From the NCBI GenBank assembly GCA_024408305.1, contig JAKSVD010000002.1:1-32284 (forward strand): a DNA stretch of 32,284 nucleotides, read 5' to 3'. Made by a program: the position numbers and the translations under genes. Under the pieces are notes generated by a model. That model was not told the origin of the DNA. It worked only from the letters and a program-made list of their open reading frames with translations, and searched no databases. Positions 1 to 9,900 of the stretch are shown here, one piece after another; the stretch's first letter is position 1; every line of letters starts with the position of its first letter. The stretch comes from Bacilli bacterium. GTDB lineage: Bacteria; Bacillota_I; Bacilli_A; RFN20; CAG-826.

Positions 1-747
1 TGCCTGAGCGTCTGTAACTTCAAGCCACATAACAAATGTAATGCGTCTTGATTCGCCTGCTTTGAGTTCAGAACCTGTTCTATAGAAGACTGTCTCGTCA
101 TCCTGGAACTGAGTTGCATATCCACCGAAGATTGCATTTGTATCGTCTAATCCGACATATGCATCGTAGTTTTCTTTGCCGTTTTCATCATAATGTGACT
201 TCACTTCTTTTTTGGCATAAATGTCATAAGCGTGTTCGTCTGATGTTGCAGCGTTATCGAAATATTTGACTCTTAATAAGTCAGCTAAATCATAGTTGAC
301 GTTAGATGGCTTTGTTGAGTCATCGATAAAGAATTTGGTGTTGTAGATTGCGTCTGTCTTTCCGAGGTTCTTAACGAAGAAGGTATATTTAAAGAAGTAC
401 ATTCCTGTAACGTTACCATCACCATCAGTTCTGTCACCAACCTGGCCATTGGATTCCTTTGAGTCAATGTAGCTATCCTCATTGTGATCCATCATGTGCG
501 CATACTGGTAAGGTGCATATTCAGGTGTAGCGTTAAGGGACATGAAAGTAGTTGAATCGTTCTCTTCCATTGCACTTAATAAGCCAAGAGTGACACCGTG
601 GTTTTCCATCTTAACTGTGAAATTACCAATGCGTCTTCCTAACATTGCAAGGATGATTAAAGCGACAGCACCTAATGTGCCAACGCCTCCAGCAATTGCG
701 GCGATCTTCTTTCTTCTCTTCTTTTTTACGTACGCTAAATCAATCAT
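1..747 (-). CDS. Membrane-anchored secreted/surface protein, N-terminal 249 codons only (C-terminus runs off the left edge); distant paralog of the 1084..2019 product
   Basis: Absent from the ORF track because it has no in-window stop. The minus strand from ATG 747..745 is open to position 1 (MIDLAYVKKKRRKKIAAIAGGVGTLGAVALIILAML...SELKAGESRRITFVMWLEVTDAQA). It has a basic N-region and one hydrophobic helix. 'LKAGE..ITFVMWLEVTD' aligns with 'LKADE..VHFVAWFEGSD' of the neighbouring gene. Riboswitch copy 1 lies upstream. Confidence 0.75.
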   Translation of the reverse strand, partial: MIDLAYVKKKRRKKIAAIAGGVGTLGAVALIILAMLGRRIGNFTVKMENHGVTLGLLSAMEENDSTTFMSLNATPEYAPYQYAHMMDHNEDSYIDSKESNGQVGDRTDGDGNVTGMYFFKYTFFVKNLGKTDAIYNTKFFIDDSTKPSNVNYDLADLLRVKYFDNAATSDEHAYDIYAKKEVKSHYDENGKENYDAYVGLDDTNAIFGGYATQFQDDETVFYRTGSELKAGESRRITFVMWLEVTDAQA

Positions 748-760
748 AGGTCCCCGTTTC

Positions 761-815
761 AAAATAAACAAAAGCACCGGATTCCAACCTCTCTTCCGCA
801 GGTGCAGTGCATTAG
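761..815 (-). terminator. Intrinsic terminator acting as the expression platform of riboswitch copy 1
   Basis: Minus strand reads GCACC-UG-CGGA-(13-nt loop)-UCCG-GUGC followed by UUUUGUUUAUUUU. It lies between the aptamer (905..978) and ATG 747. Confidence 0.55.
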
Positions 816-904
816 AGCAATTAGAGTGTCCCGTCCAAGACTCCGGCTCCCTAGTAATTAAAACGCTGCCTATCAAACAACGTTCTACACGGAACCATTG
901 TCAT

Positions 905-978
905 CGGCAGCTGGCTGTCTAAGATCAATAGACCCTTTAGCTTTGCGTCACCAGATTACTCTGGGTTTGCTTTTGAAC
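905..978 (-). promoter_or_regulatory. c-di-GMP-I (GEMM-I) riboswitch aptamer, copy 1
   Basis: Minus strand: GUUCAAAAGCAAACCCAGA-GUAA-UCUGGUGACGCAAAGCUAAAGGGUCUA-UUGAUCU-UAGACAGCCAGCUGCCG. GEMM-I hallmarks are present: GCAAA, a GNRA-capped first hairpin, GACGCAAAGC, a GGGUC second hairpin and AGCC.GCUGCC. It is one of four alignable copies with compensatory stem changes. Confidence 0.88.
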
Positions 979-984
979 ACGAAT

Positions 985-1013
985 AGTATAAACCTGGTTA
1001 CCACTATATACAA
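985..1013 (-). promoter_or_regulatory. Sigma-70/SigA-type promoter driving riboswitch copy 1
   Basis: Minus strand TTGTAT-17 nt-TATACT. The -10 ends about 10 nt upstream of the AAAAGCAAA aptamer start, the same geometry as the other three copies. Confidence 0.5.
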
Positions 1014-1037
1014 CATATTTTAATATGTGTATCACTA

Positions 1038-1068
1038 TAAAATAAAAGAGGGTCATTTACGACCCTCT
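1038..1068 (-). terminator. Rho-independent terminator of the 1084..2019 gene
   Basis: Minus strand AGAGGGUC-GUAAAU-GACCCUCU (8-bp GC-rich stem) followed by UUUUAUUUU, 16 nt after the stop codon. Confidence 0.8.
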
Positions 1069-1083
1069 CAAATGCGAACAGAA

Positions 1084-2019
1084 TTAGTTGTTTGACCAAG
1101 TAACTGCGTAGAATGATGCAGACAATGTTAATGGATCGAAATCAGCTTCTGTGTTCGAAGCGTTGCTCTGAATACAATTCTTATCAGATCCTTCAAACCA
1201 TGCAACAAAGTGAACTGTTGTGGTTTCATCTGCCTTAAGGCCGGAAGCAAGATGGTACTTGCTGCCTGTAGCACTTGATTTTGTGTCGCTTGATGTATAT
1301 ACAACATTTGCAGCTGCATCGATGAAATCGTCTGCATCATAATTAGCAACAGCAGGTGCTGTTTCACCCATTTTTACGTATTTAGTTGGGATGTTTTCGT
1401 TAGCAGTTGATGCCTGAGGTGCCCAAATTACAGTTTCATCGTCTGAGACCATAGCAAGTCTGAATGCCTTACCGATTTCTGTAGTACCAGATAATTTAGA
1501 TTTTGTGCCAGTTGGATCAAAGAATAACTCATATTCACCAAATGCATCGGAATCGATTGTGAAATCAATGTCCCAAACTGCTGCAAAGCAAACATTATTC
1601 TTTGTTGTTCCATCATTGAAATAACCAGCTGGTGTTTTTGACTCAACCTTGTCTGTAACGTTGATATAGCCATCAACAGCTTTATTAGTTACTGAAGCAA
1701 TGTGATACTCATCATTCATTGCGTCATAGCTGCAATCTCTTAAATATTCGAGATTGAATGTTTTTCCGGAGATGTAGTCACCTGTTTCTCCTTCAGCAGG
1801 AGCGTTGCCATCAGCTGTAACTGTATTAGGAGTTTTGATTCCAGAGATGCCCCTGATATTTGCGACAAGATCACCAGCTGTGTTGATAGCAGCGATATTT
1901 CCAACGCTAATAGCAGCTGACTGTGAAGCTGTGAACCATGCGACGGTTCCTGTAACTGATGCGATTCCTGAAACAGCTAAGAGAGCGATTGCAGGAAGAA
2001 TGATTCTTGATTTTTTCAT
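1084..2019 (-). CDS. Secreted TasA/camelysin-like protein with an AWF-type signal peptide (311 aa from ATG 2019)
   Basis: The track ORF 1084..2094 is trimmed to Met26 (MKKSRIILPAIALLAVSGIASVTGTVAWFTASQ...), which has GAAAGGA 9 nt upstream. 'GTVAWFTAS' resembles the TasA 'GGGTWAAFND' signal junction. The C-terminal 'VHFVAWFEGSDKNCIQ' resembles the D-x-G-N-x-x-Q end of TasA/camelysin-type proteins, as I recall it. Confidence 0.8.
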   Translation of the reverse strand: MKKSRIILPAIALLAVSGIASVTGTVAWFTASQSAAISVGNIAAINTAGDLVANIRGISGIKTPNTVTADGNAPAEGETGDYISGKTFNLEYLRDCSYDAMNDEYHIASVTNKAVDGYINVTDKVESKTPAGYFNDGTTKNNVCFAAVWDIDFTIDSDAFGEYELFFDPTGTKSKLSGTTEIGKAFRLAMVSDDETVIWAPQASTANENIPTKYVKMGETAPAVANYDADDFIDAAANVVYTSSDTKSSATGSKYHLASGLKADETTTVHFVAWFEGSDKNCIQSNASNTEADFDPLTLSASFYAVTWSNN

Positions 2020-2178
2020 TTTGAATTGTCCTTTCGGGTAGTAATTATTGGGGCTACCCATAGTTATTGTGATTGCTAAGTTGTCCACTTGCACCTGTTC
2101 AACTTAAGCTCTGATAGTGAAGGATCTTTCGCTAAAACTTGTTGGACTCAAGGTCTAGAAAAAGGTTCTACAGCAAAA

Positions 2179-2206
2179 ACTATACACATAATACGCGCAT
2201 ATGCAA
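2179..2206 (-). promoter_or_regulatory. Putative promoter of the 1084..2019 gene
   Basis: Minus strand TTGCAT-16 nt-TATAGT. It leaves a ~150-nt leader with no GEMM-I core. Confidence 0.45.
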
Positions 2207-2248
2207 GCATTATTTTGCGCGCACTCGCGTTTTATATAAAGAAATAAT

Positions 2249-2276
2249 AAAAGAAAAGGAAGGTTTGTGCCTTCCT
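2249..2276 (-). terminator. Rho-independent terminator of the 2283..2648 gene
   Basis: Minus strand GGAAGG-CACAAA-CCUUCC followed by UUUUCUUUU, immediately after the stop. Confidence 0.8.
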
Positions 2277-2282
2277 GTAGTT

Positions 2283-2648
2283 TTATTCGCCCTTCTGTAG
2301 GTCCTTCATTAACTCTGCTCTGAGTTTAGCTTTTTCTTCCTCAGAGAGATCGTTTAATGCTACCTTCTTCTTCTCATTTGCTTTCTTTGCGTATGTGATG
2401 AGCACCCATATGTTGACGATGAATAATGCTAACAACGGGAGTACAACTACAAGCAAGAATACATTTGGGTTCTGTTGGAAGTATCCAATGAATCCTGGAG
2501 CATATCCATTAACAATAATCTCATATTCATCTTTTGGCATGGTCACAATCATGACGATTGAAACAACCAAAAAGAACAGTGTCAACGCAATGTCAGCACC
2601 GAACAGTGTTCCATAAAGTACTTTTTTAGATGTTGGTAGATCTTTCAT
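2283..2648 (-). CDS. Small membrane protein (2-3 TM helices, charged coiled C-tail), function unknown
   Basis: 121-aa ORF with ATG preceded by GAGG. It has hydrophobic stretches (LFGADIALTLFFLVVSIVMIV, FLLVVVLPLLALFIVNIWVLI) and a Lys/Glu-rich tail. Confidence 0.7.
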   Translation of the reverse strand: MKDLPTSKKVLYGTLFGADIALTLFFLVVSIVMIVTMPKDEYEIIVNGYAPGFIGYFQQNPNVFLLVVVLPLLALFIVNIWVLITYAKKANEKKKVALNDLSEEEKAKLRAELMKDLQKGE

Positions 2649-2690
2649 TGGGGCCTCTATCTTTGTGTAGTTTACATTCTATACCTAAAA

Positions 2691-2723
2691 TTTCAAATAA
2701 AATCGTCAAAAATGATGTTTGAC
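2691..2723 (-). terminator. Weak candidate terminator after the giant gene L1
   Basis: Minus strand GUCAAA-CAUCAUU-UUUGAC followed by GAUUUUAUUUGAAA. The stem is AT-rich and only 6 bp. Confidence 0.35.
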
Positions 2724-2752
2724 AAAACAATGTTTGCCCAATTTTATCTTTT

Positions 2753-5700
2753 TTAAATCAAAAACGTGTCACCCTGAGCAATACTAGCTAACTCACCGTT
2801 AATATAAATGTGGAAATTGCCGTCAACACTAAGCACCTTTACATTAACAGATTCGCTCTCGCCAGAAATGTTCCAGACTAAGTTATATCCATCGAGCGAC
2901 TTGTAATATGCTCCTTCGAAAGAATCATCATCTACAACCGTCACCTCAAAATATAGCGATACAGTAGTAGGGTCAAGATACTTGTATCTTAATGATAGAG
3001 CACTATTCCCGCCAGAAAGTGTAACGAAATCTGTAGAATTAGCCCTGGTCTCAAAATATATACGTTCATCATTTGTTATCGATGAACTGATGTCATTTCC
3101 ATTCTCGTCATTCCTAGTCATTTCTATAGTATCAACGCCCTGCGTTCGTATAATATGCGTCTCTGCCATTGTAGTAGTGTTGACCGCAATAATATGCGTT
3201 CTGCGTATTAAAGTTTCTCTTGCGACCACGTCGTCATCTAGGAGGTTAGAATTTTTGTCGCGCAAAGAGGTGGATTCGTCGATATAACCTATAGAAATAC
3301 CAGTTGTAGATGAAAAGTTTGCGGTAGCATTCGTACCGTCTATTTGCAACAATACTGTGCCGCTAAAGGATGGAGCAACAGCAATTGCGATAATAGAATT
3401 TGTGTCATCCACTTCTCCACCTGGCGCAGCCAAAGCCACACCGTATGGATACACATATGTCTTACTTACGGTCTTGATCTCCTCATGAATAATGGAGTAA
3501 TTAATCTTTTGGGCGTTTGCGGCAATATCAAGATAGAGCAAATATGCTCCAGTGCCACCATCAACAGATCCCAAAGCATATTCACCAAGATTCATAGGAA
3601 TTTCAAAATAATACATGTATTTTGTTGTGGATAAATCGCTTCCTTGATTTTTAATCCATGACGTCTTAAAAATTGAGGAATAAGTACTTGGGATTGAAGA
3701 CGGAGTGTTCAGTGATGCCCCTATTGTTTTATCCGCATTAATTACATATCCGATGGAATAAGAGTCGTCAGAATATTGGTAAATGTACGAGTGCCTAGGA
3801 TCATTGTCCCCAAAAATTTCTTTAATTTCCTTGATCTCAACTATATTTTCACTCGAATCCCTCACTATATCATGCAAAGAGAAAAAACTGTTATTGCCAG
3901 AAAAATATGTCCCTGCAAAAAAGTTTATGAACCCCTTCTCTTTCAAATTGAAATCAATGCAGTCAGCCGGTAACTGATAATTACGATGAGGTTCTTCCTT
4001 GTTAACTCTTGCATATTGCGCTGTGACAAGATTGTTCATACTAATGCTTGAATTCATAAAATGCAATCCGTATACATAGGTACCGTCGGTAGACATTACC
4101 TTTCTTAAGGCTTCTTTTGAATCATTATACTTTTCAAAGGTGTTATTGGATGCGATTACATGCAAGCCCCCATCATCAACAGTATAAATAGAACGTATAT
4201 TGCCGTTTCGATATGATGTAGTGTTAATATTATCCGATATCTCATATCGTGAAACACGTATGTCCCCCGTTCTCAAAGGAAACATAAATCTATCCGGAAC
4301 GTCATGGCTACCAGCTACTACGTACCCTGTATTCGCTTCATGGACTTCAAAATTATTATCAGAAACTGTTCTCAAAGGAAAATATGTGACATTATTGCCT
4401 GTATAATCGACATAATCGTCACTAAATGACACACCCATGGAACGATTAAAACTTTGTAGAGATAGCGTAGCCTCGTTCGCCCTTGGTGTCCAGTTATTGT
4501 TTGTGCCGCTTAAATAAACAGTTTTGCCTTCAACTAAAGTTGTCACATTATTTGTTCCAATACTCCACGTATTCATCGGCATAGTTGAAACTACAAAACT
4601 GTAATTAGTAGTATTAGATCCAGTGTTTCTAACGTTTAAAAAATAGGTGATATTGCCAGCGACGGTATAAAGATGATTTTTACCATCAAGAGCCCAATAT
4701 GTGTTAGCCGTGGTGCTTGATGTAACGCCGTTTCGAGCGTTGTTAATATTAAGATAATAATTCCTGTTGTTGTTAGTTATATAAAAGCGATACGCAGTGG
4801 TCTGATCAGTAGATTGTGTTGTCCTCGTAACATGAGTTCCGCCCGATAAATAAATATACTGCGGATTTTGAATTGTGTTGCTCTCGGAAGCGTTGGCAAA
4901 GACGAAAGAGCCATATTTTTCGTTGTAGTTGGTTTTATTATTAAGATATGTCCAAATGTAATTGTTAGTCGAATTAGTGCTAGTAATAGTCGTACCAGAA
5001 ACATAATCGTTTCGAGCATACACATAATTAGTAGTTCTTGTTGCGGAACTAGAACGAATTGAATTTAGACGACTGTACATAGACTTCATATTAATCGAGC
5101 CGCCCCAAGCACTTTCACTTCCCTCGTTGCCACTATAAACATCGTCCTCGGTAGAAAGAGTTGGAGTATATATTGTAGTGTCAGACACGTTTAAAACGTT
5201 ACGATAAGGAGCGGTGCAATAACCAACTAACGTATAGTCACTTAAATTTGTGGTGACAGAACTAAGAGGTGCCGTGCCAGATGCGACCGATATAGTAGAT
5301 CCCGAAACTCCAATGCCAGATAAAGAGCCATTAACATAACCAGCGGCAACACCCAAAAGAGATTGATTCAGTTGCGTCTCTACAAAACAATCCTTTAAAT
5401 AAACATTAGATACAGAAGGGGCGAATGATGAATACGTTCCAGCTCCATCATAATCCCCAATAACGCCAAACATACCGACAATATTTACGCCTGACAGTCC
5501 CTCAACGCTTAATGGTTTTTTCTCGATAAAACCAGGACCAAGTTTATTAGTAATTCTAAGATTTTTGATTGTGGATCCATTTCCATTAAAAACACCAATG
5601 AATGGATTGTTGGTTGTCCCAATAGGCGGAAGAACAAGGCCTGACATGTCGATTTCACAATCTTCTTCAAGTTCAAAATAATACTGTTTTATCTGTTGTG

Positions 5701-5953
5701 TCGTTTCATCTTTTTTGTTGAATTCCCCAAGATACTGAAGCCACGCAAGATTATATAAATGAATCGGAGAGTTTATAACATAAGGTTTTTCATCACTACC
5801 ATCTCCGCTATGGAAATAAGATGCTGCAGTATAGCCATAACCGTCGTCAAAATCCACTTCGCCTGAACTTAAAAACCACGCAAACGAGGCGGAAATGAAT
5901 GTCAAAAATGACGAAATCACAACTGAGGTTTTAAGAAATAGTTTTCTATCCAT
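2753..5953 (-). CDS. Giant secreted/surface protein L1 (1066 aa): AWF-type signal peptide, GLUG/beta-helix-like N-module, Asn/Thr-rich body; putative adhesin
   Basis: Long ORF with GAGGGG 7 nt upstream of the ATG. The start overlaps the stop of the small gene by 8 nt (AAATGGATAG). N-terminus is MDRKLFLKTSVVISSFLTFISASFAWFLSS. 'YFHSGDGSDEKPYVINSPIHLYNL...LPPIG...PFIGVFNGNGSTIKNLRI' is paralogous to L2 and to the 21763..23853 lipoprotein. Confidence 0.9.
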   Translation of the reverse strand: MDRKLFLKTSVVISSFLTFISASFAWFLSSGEVDFDDGYGYTAASYFHSGDGSDEKPYVINSPIHLYNLAWLQYLGEFNKKDETTQQIKQYYFELEEDCEIDMSGLVLPPIGTTNNPFIGVFNGNGSTIKNLRITNKLGPGFIEKKPLSVEGLSGVNIVGMFGVIGDYDGAGTYSSFAPSVSNVYLKDCFVETQLNQSLLGVAAGYVNGSLSGIGVSGSTISVASGTAPLSSVTTNLSDYTLVGYCTAPYRNVLNVSDTTIYTPTLSTEDDVYSGNEGSESAWGGSINMKSMYSRLNSIRSSSATRTTNYVYARNDYVSGTTITSTNSTNNYIWTYLNNKTNYNEKYGSFVFANASESNTIQNPQYIYLSGGTHVTRTTQSTDQTTAYRFYITNNNRNYYLNINNARNGVTSSTTANTYWALDGKNHLYTVAGNITYFLNVRNTGSNTTNYSFVVSTMPMNTWSIGTNNVTTLVEGKTVYLSGTNNNWTPRANEATLSLQSFNRSMGVSFSDDYVDYTGNNVTYFPLRTVSDNNFEVHEANTGYVVAGSHDVPDRFMFPLRTGDIRVSRYEISDNINTTSYRNGNIRSIYTVDDGGLHVIASNNTFEKYNDSKEALRKVMSTDGTYVYGLHFMNSSISMNNLVTAQYARVNKEEPHRNYQLPADCIDFNLKEKGFINFFAGTYFSGNNSFFSLHDIVRDSSENIVEIKEIKEIFGDNDPRHSYIYQYSDDSYSIGYVINADKTIGASLNTPSSIPSTYSSIFKTSWIKNQGSDLSTTKYMYYFEIPMNLGEYALGSVDGGTGAYLLYLDIAANAQKINYSIIHEEIKTVSKTYVYPYGVALAAPGGEVDDTNSIIAIAVAPSFSGTVLLQIDGTNATANFSSTTGISIGYIDESTSLRDKNSNLLDDDVVARETLIRRTHIIAVNTTTMAETHIIRTQGVDTIEMTRNDENGNDISSSITNDERIYFETRANSTDFVTLSGGNSALSLRYKYLDPTTVSLYFEVTVVDDDSFEGAYYKSLDGYNLVWNISGESESVNVKVLSVDGNFHIYINGELASIAQGDTFLI

Positions 5954-6719
5954 TTGTCAACCCCTCAATCTTGTTTATATAAAAACAGAAATCAGCTGAA
6001 TATGTAATGTATGAATGACCATCAACAACGGTCATATCATCCCCAACACCAGAAGTAATATCGTTGCCTAAATTTGCAGAATAAATTGTCTCTATCGAAA
6101 TCTCGTCATAATCGATGACAACATATACCCTGTCAGTGTTTGAAAACTGACATACCCTCGCTTTTTTATCGTCCACTAAATCCGTATAATCAGCATTTAT
6201 AAAATTAGTCTTTCTTGATGAATAGGTAGTTAAATCAACGGAATAAAATGTTTCATTGATTGTTAGCTCCGTATTATTTAAACCATAAAAACAGACAATA
6301 CTTGAAAGTGAATTTCCGGTTGCATGCAAGGAATAAATAGGATTGTCGTTTTCGTCTCTTTCAACAATACCTAAATATGAGTCTGAATACGTTTCAGCAG
6401 TAACCGAAATACTCATCTCGCTTTCCAAAACAATCTCCATCAGCAGTTGGTAACCTGAATTGATGATTGAATAGTAACCTAGTGTCTTACTGCTAATTGG
6501 GGTTTTGTCAAAATAATACTGTGTTTTCGTACCACTCATCTTTGAGCTGTATGGGTAGAAATTGACTTCCTTTACAACCTGATCCTTGATAACGGCAATG
6601 TTGCCAGCATCACCATCAGTAATCGGCCTAGTAGTAAACCAAGCAAGCGTAACTAAAGATAAGCCAACAACATTGGCCATCGTGAGTGAGATTAATGATA
6701 CTAGCTTGCCTGTTTTCAT
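5946..6719 (-). CDS. Small secreted protein S1 (257 aa) with an AWF-type signal peptide; candidate fibre/anchor subunit
   Basis: The track ORF 5946..6743 begins at a TTG that lies inside the riboswitch aptamer. I trimmed it to ATG 6719 (MKTGKLVSLISLTMANVVGLSLVTLAWFTTRPITDGDAGNIAVI...). It is paralogous to S2 (9966..10754). Confidence 0.85.
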   Translation of the reverse strand: MKTGKLVSLISLTMANVVGLSLVTLAWFTTRPITDGDAGNIAVIKDQVVKEVNFYPYSSKMSGTKTQYYFDKTPISSKTLGYYSIINSGYQLLMEIVLESEMSISVTAETYSDSYLGIVERDENDNPIYSLHATGNSLSSIVCFYGLNNTELTINETFYSVDLTTYSSRKTNFINADYTDLVDDKKARVCQFSNTDRVYVVIDYDEISIETIYSANLGNDITSGVGDDMTVVDGHSYITYSADFCFYINKIEGLTNG

Positions 6720-6730
6720 TCTTACTGATT

Positions 6731-6801
6731 CGGCAGCTGGCAATCCTTCTAGGACCCTAATAGCTTTGCGTCACTAGATTACTCTAGTTTTGCTTTTAAC
6801 G
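6731..6801 (-). promoter_or_regulatory. c-di-GMP-I (GEMM-I) riboswitch aptamer, copy 2
   Basis: Minus strand: GUUAAAAGCAAAACUAGA-GUAA-UCUAGUGACGCAAAGCUAUUAGGGUCCU-AGA-AGGAUUGCCAGCUGCCG. The first stem is CUAGA/UCUAG here versus CCAGA/UCUGG in copies 1 and 3, a compensatory change. The aptamer 3' end lies 11 nt from ATG 6719. Confidence 0.88.
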
Positions 6802-6806
6802 TGAAT

Positions 6807-6835
6807 AATGTAGCGTATGTGTGCGTAAAAGGCAA
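6807..6835 (-). promoter_or_regulatory. Promoter driving riboswitch copy 2
   Basis: Minus strand TTGCCT-17 nt-TACATT, about 9 nt upstream of AAAAGCAAA. Confidence 0.5.
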
Positions 6836-6900
6836 GAAAAACAAAAATACTGAAAATCGTTCTAATAACTGAAAATTAGATATCTTTTTTGTAATTTTGT

Positions 6901-9900
6901 TCATTGTATTGACGAAGCTGGTATTTCCCTTGTTGATGAGGCTTCAGTGACTTCAACATAATCATTCAAATTACTGGTTTTGATAAATACTTGGTAAAAA
7001 CCACTGTAATAGTTATATATCTTCAACGTTGTATTCGTATCTGCATAGCAATCAATCAAATATTTTCCAATATAAGTTGAACTTTCCCCTTCTTCAAATG
7101 CAACATATGAAACTTTAATTTTATATTGGAACGAAACAGCTAGTGTTTCAAAGAAAAAGTTTAATATAGTATTGTCAATAGTTTGAGGGTAATCTCTGTA
7201 TCCGACCGTACCAAAAGTTCCACCAAAACCGTCCTTTGCCTTGAATTCAAAGTCAATATTTGTAACCCAAGTTTGATATCCGTTGTTTGATTGCCCCCCA
7301 AGGCACATAACATATGTATCAATTTTAAGCTGGTCCTCACGAGACATTTCTGTCGATCCATCTGATGCGTATCTTCCAAGAATTCTGCCCTCAGAATCTA
7401 GTGCACAGTAAGAGGCCTTTTTGATATATTCTTCGTTTAAATCTAGGGATATTGTGTTGGTTAATTGGATGATGCCATTACCATCAGATTCCGTACCCGT
7501 TTCCTTAATTTTCATGAATCCATCGCGTTTTTTGAATGTAGGTTCAACGATATCACTTGAGTAGCCAAGAATCTTTGCTTGAACATAGGTAAATGCAATT
7601 TTTCCCATCGCATCATCTCTCGAATCTAGAGGGTTTGCAGTGTTTTTAATAAATAGAACGATGGAGCTAGGACATCTTTCGTTTGCATAAAAATGGTCGC
7701 CAACATCTGTTTCATTGATCAAAGACACTTTATCACCAGCCGATCTTTCGCTATCTAACCCAATGATAGCAATTTGCTGCCCAAAAAGTTCTTGATAATA
7801 AAACTGGGCGCCGTCACCAACAACATCGATATTTTTAGAACGATAGCCTGACTCATAAACAATGGTTTCCTCGCCAATAAAGTAATTAACATCGTCTGCA
7901 CCTTGAATTGGATCTCTGCTAATTAATGACAATCTCCATAGAGGGTTACCGCTATTAATATCAACCGAATATGTAAAGTTTGTATATTTTATGTCGGTTT
8001 CATCAATAACAACAAAATCAGCACTTTCAACGCCGTCAAACACTTCTTTGTACAACAACTTTGACTCAAAACTTCTTACGTCAACGTGAGGCATTAATCT
8101 ATCTTTGTTTTCTTCAAAATCAAATTTATGTGTCAAGAAATTCTCTTCTGGAATATCATTATCGATTTCTTTGAATTCTGTTTTGTTTTGTACATTAGTT
8201 TTGACGGATGGAACAACAAGACCGGAATTTACGTCATTTACAAGAACTTCGACCTGATCCAATGTGTTGTTGTCGGAATTATAATTACCATAAACAAATG
8301 TGTGCGTATATGATGTTCCCCAGGCCGTGTACTGGTAACTGATATAAATCGAAAACTTATGGTACCCTTCTTGCAATTTCCTTTGAACAGGTTGAACTGT
8401 AAATGTGCATTCATAATATCTACCAGCCAAACTGGCTCCAGCAGATAAAGCCTCGCTTTTATACGTTATATCTAGTGGGATTTTTTTTTTATTGTTAAAT
8501 ATATAACCCGTAATATTCAAATCAGGTGCAAACCATTTTCTCTCTTGAGTCGTGAAGTTTGGTATTTTACATAGGACATCAAAATCATAGTTGTCATAGC
8601 CATTAATAACTTGTCTGTCGTAAGATTCTCCATAAAAATAGCAATTGTAATTTGGATCATCTGGATCATTGTTTTTGTAATAATATGCTGTCGGGGCTTC
8701 TTGTTTTGTCTCTGGGTTTACTATAAGTCCCTCGCCCGAACCGATCATGGATTCCGTAACATAACTTGGCTGAGTAGCCGGCATTTTAATTGCACCGTCA
8801 TGAGAGTGATCATCGCCATCCAATTCGATGTACTCTCTATCTTCGTAGTAAACGTTATAGTCATGTCTGGCCTCTACATATTCTGGCGTAGCATAACCGA
8901 TCGTGGAAAGCGAATAACCGTCCTGAAGGTCATACGTTGTACCAACAACGTTAGAAGAAGGTTTAACTGAACTTGAAAATGGTTCGATAATGTTTTGTGT
9001 TCCAGTCTTTATTTGCCTTTGAACTTTATCGCCATTATCATTGGCTTCCAAATTTTCAGTTTGGCGAACATTTCTAAGTACTAACTGCTGGTCGTTAATT
9101 GAGTCATATGTATTATCGAAATAATTAAAAACAGCCTGAGAGTTTAATGTAAATTGATAGTCATTACCTTGTCCAAACGAGCCTCCCAAAGAATCCTTTG
9201 TAGCCTTTCCGTAATATCCATAATTGTTAATTTGTTTATTCGTGGTAGAACCCATCAAAGTACAATCGTTAACATAGACATTGGTAAAGTTAGAAGCATC
9301 CTCAATGTGGCCTGCAATATACCCAAAATGAACAGCTGAATCATTGTGGAAATGACTTTCTGATGTCGTATATCTTCCATAAGACGTCTCTATCTCAAAA
9401 TTTTTGAAATAAGCATTTGAGCAAGTTCCTTCATCAACATAACCAAAAATACCTATGTCAGAGAAAAATTTATCATCTTTTTTTGCAGATATTTTAAAAC
9501 TTGAAATGGTAATATTGTTGCCGCTAATAACAGAATTGAATGGCAGATCTTCAGAACCTAATGGTGGCAACACTTCAGTTCCAGTACAGTCAAGAACAGT
9601 TGAAACCCCTCCATTAGATGGATCATATTTTCCGTTCGAATAATTATAGACTTGAATCTTGCCGTCTCCATTAATGTCCGCACCAAAAGAGAAATGATAC
9701 TTTTTCTCCGCAAATCCAGGGAGATTATAATGGAGGAGAACCATATTTTCGTAATGTTTTGGTCTGGTAATGGTAAATGGATCATCTTCTGAACCATCTC
9801 CAGAATGGAAATATTTTTGAAGGACGGACCCCGTTAATCCGTCCGCAGGAACATCAATGTTGTCCTGTGAAATGAACCAAGCTGCAGCAAAACCGCTAGA

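Noticed and set aside
542-922. 126-aa plus-strand ORF
   Set aside because: It is antisense to the open minus-strand frame 1..747. It also runs through the terminator and aptamer of riboswitch copy 1. It has no SD and a low-complexity translation.
2020-2094. N-terminal extension of the 1084 gene (MQVDNLAITITMGSPNNYYPKGQFK)
   Set aside because: It has no SD. The internal Met26 has GAAAGGA at the proper spacing and starts a normal signal peptide. Similar trimming was applied at 18427..18462 (TTG start; AAGGAGG precedes ATG 18426) and at 21762..21797 (overlaps the upstream gene; the lipoprotein signal starts at ATG 21761).
2095-2178. A fifth GEMM-I aptamer upstream of the 1084..2019 gene
   Set aside because: No GACGCAAAGC, GCAAA-hairpin or AGCC.GCUGCC core is present on either strand.
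6720-6743. N-terminal extension of S1 from TTG 6743 (MPAAESVR...)
   Set aside because: These codons are the 3' strand of riboswitch aptamer copy 2. ATG 6719 gives the canonical basic-N/hydrophobic/AWF signal peptide seen in the paralog S2.
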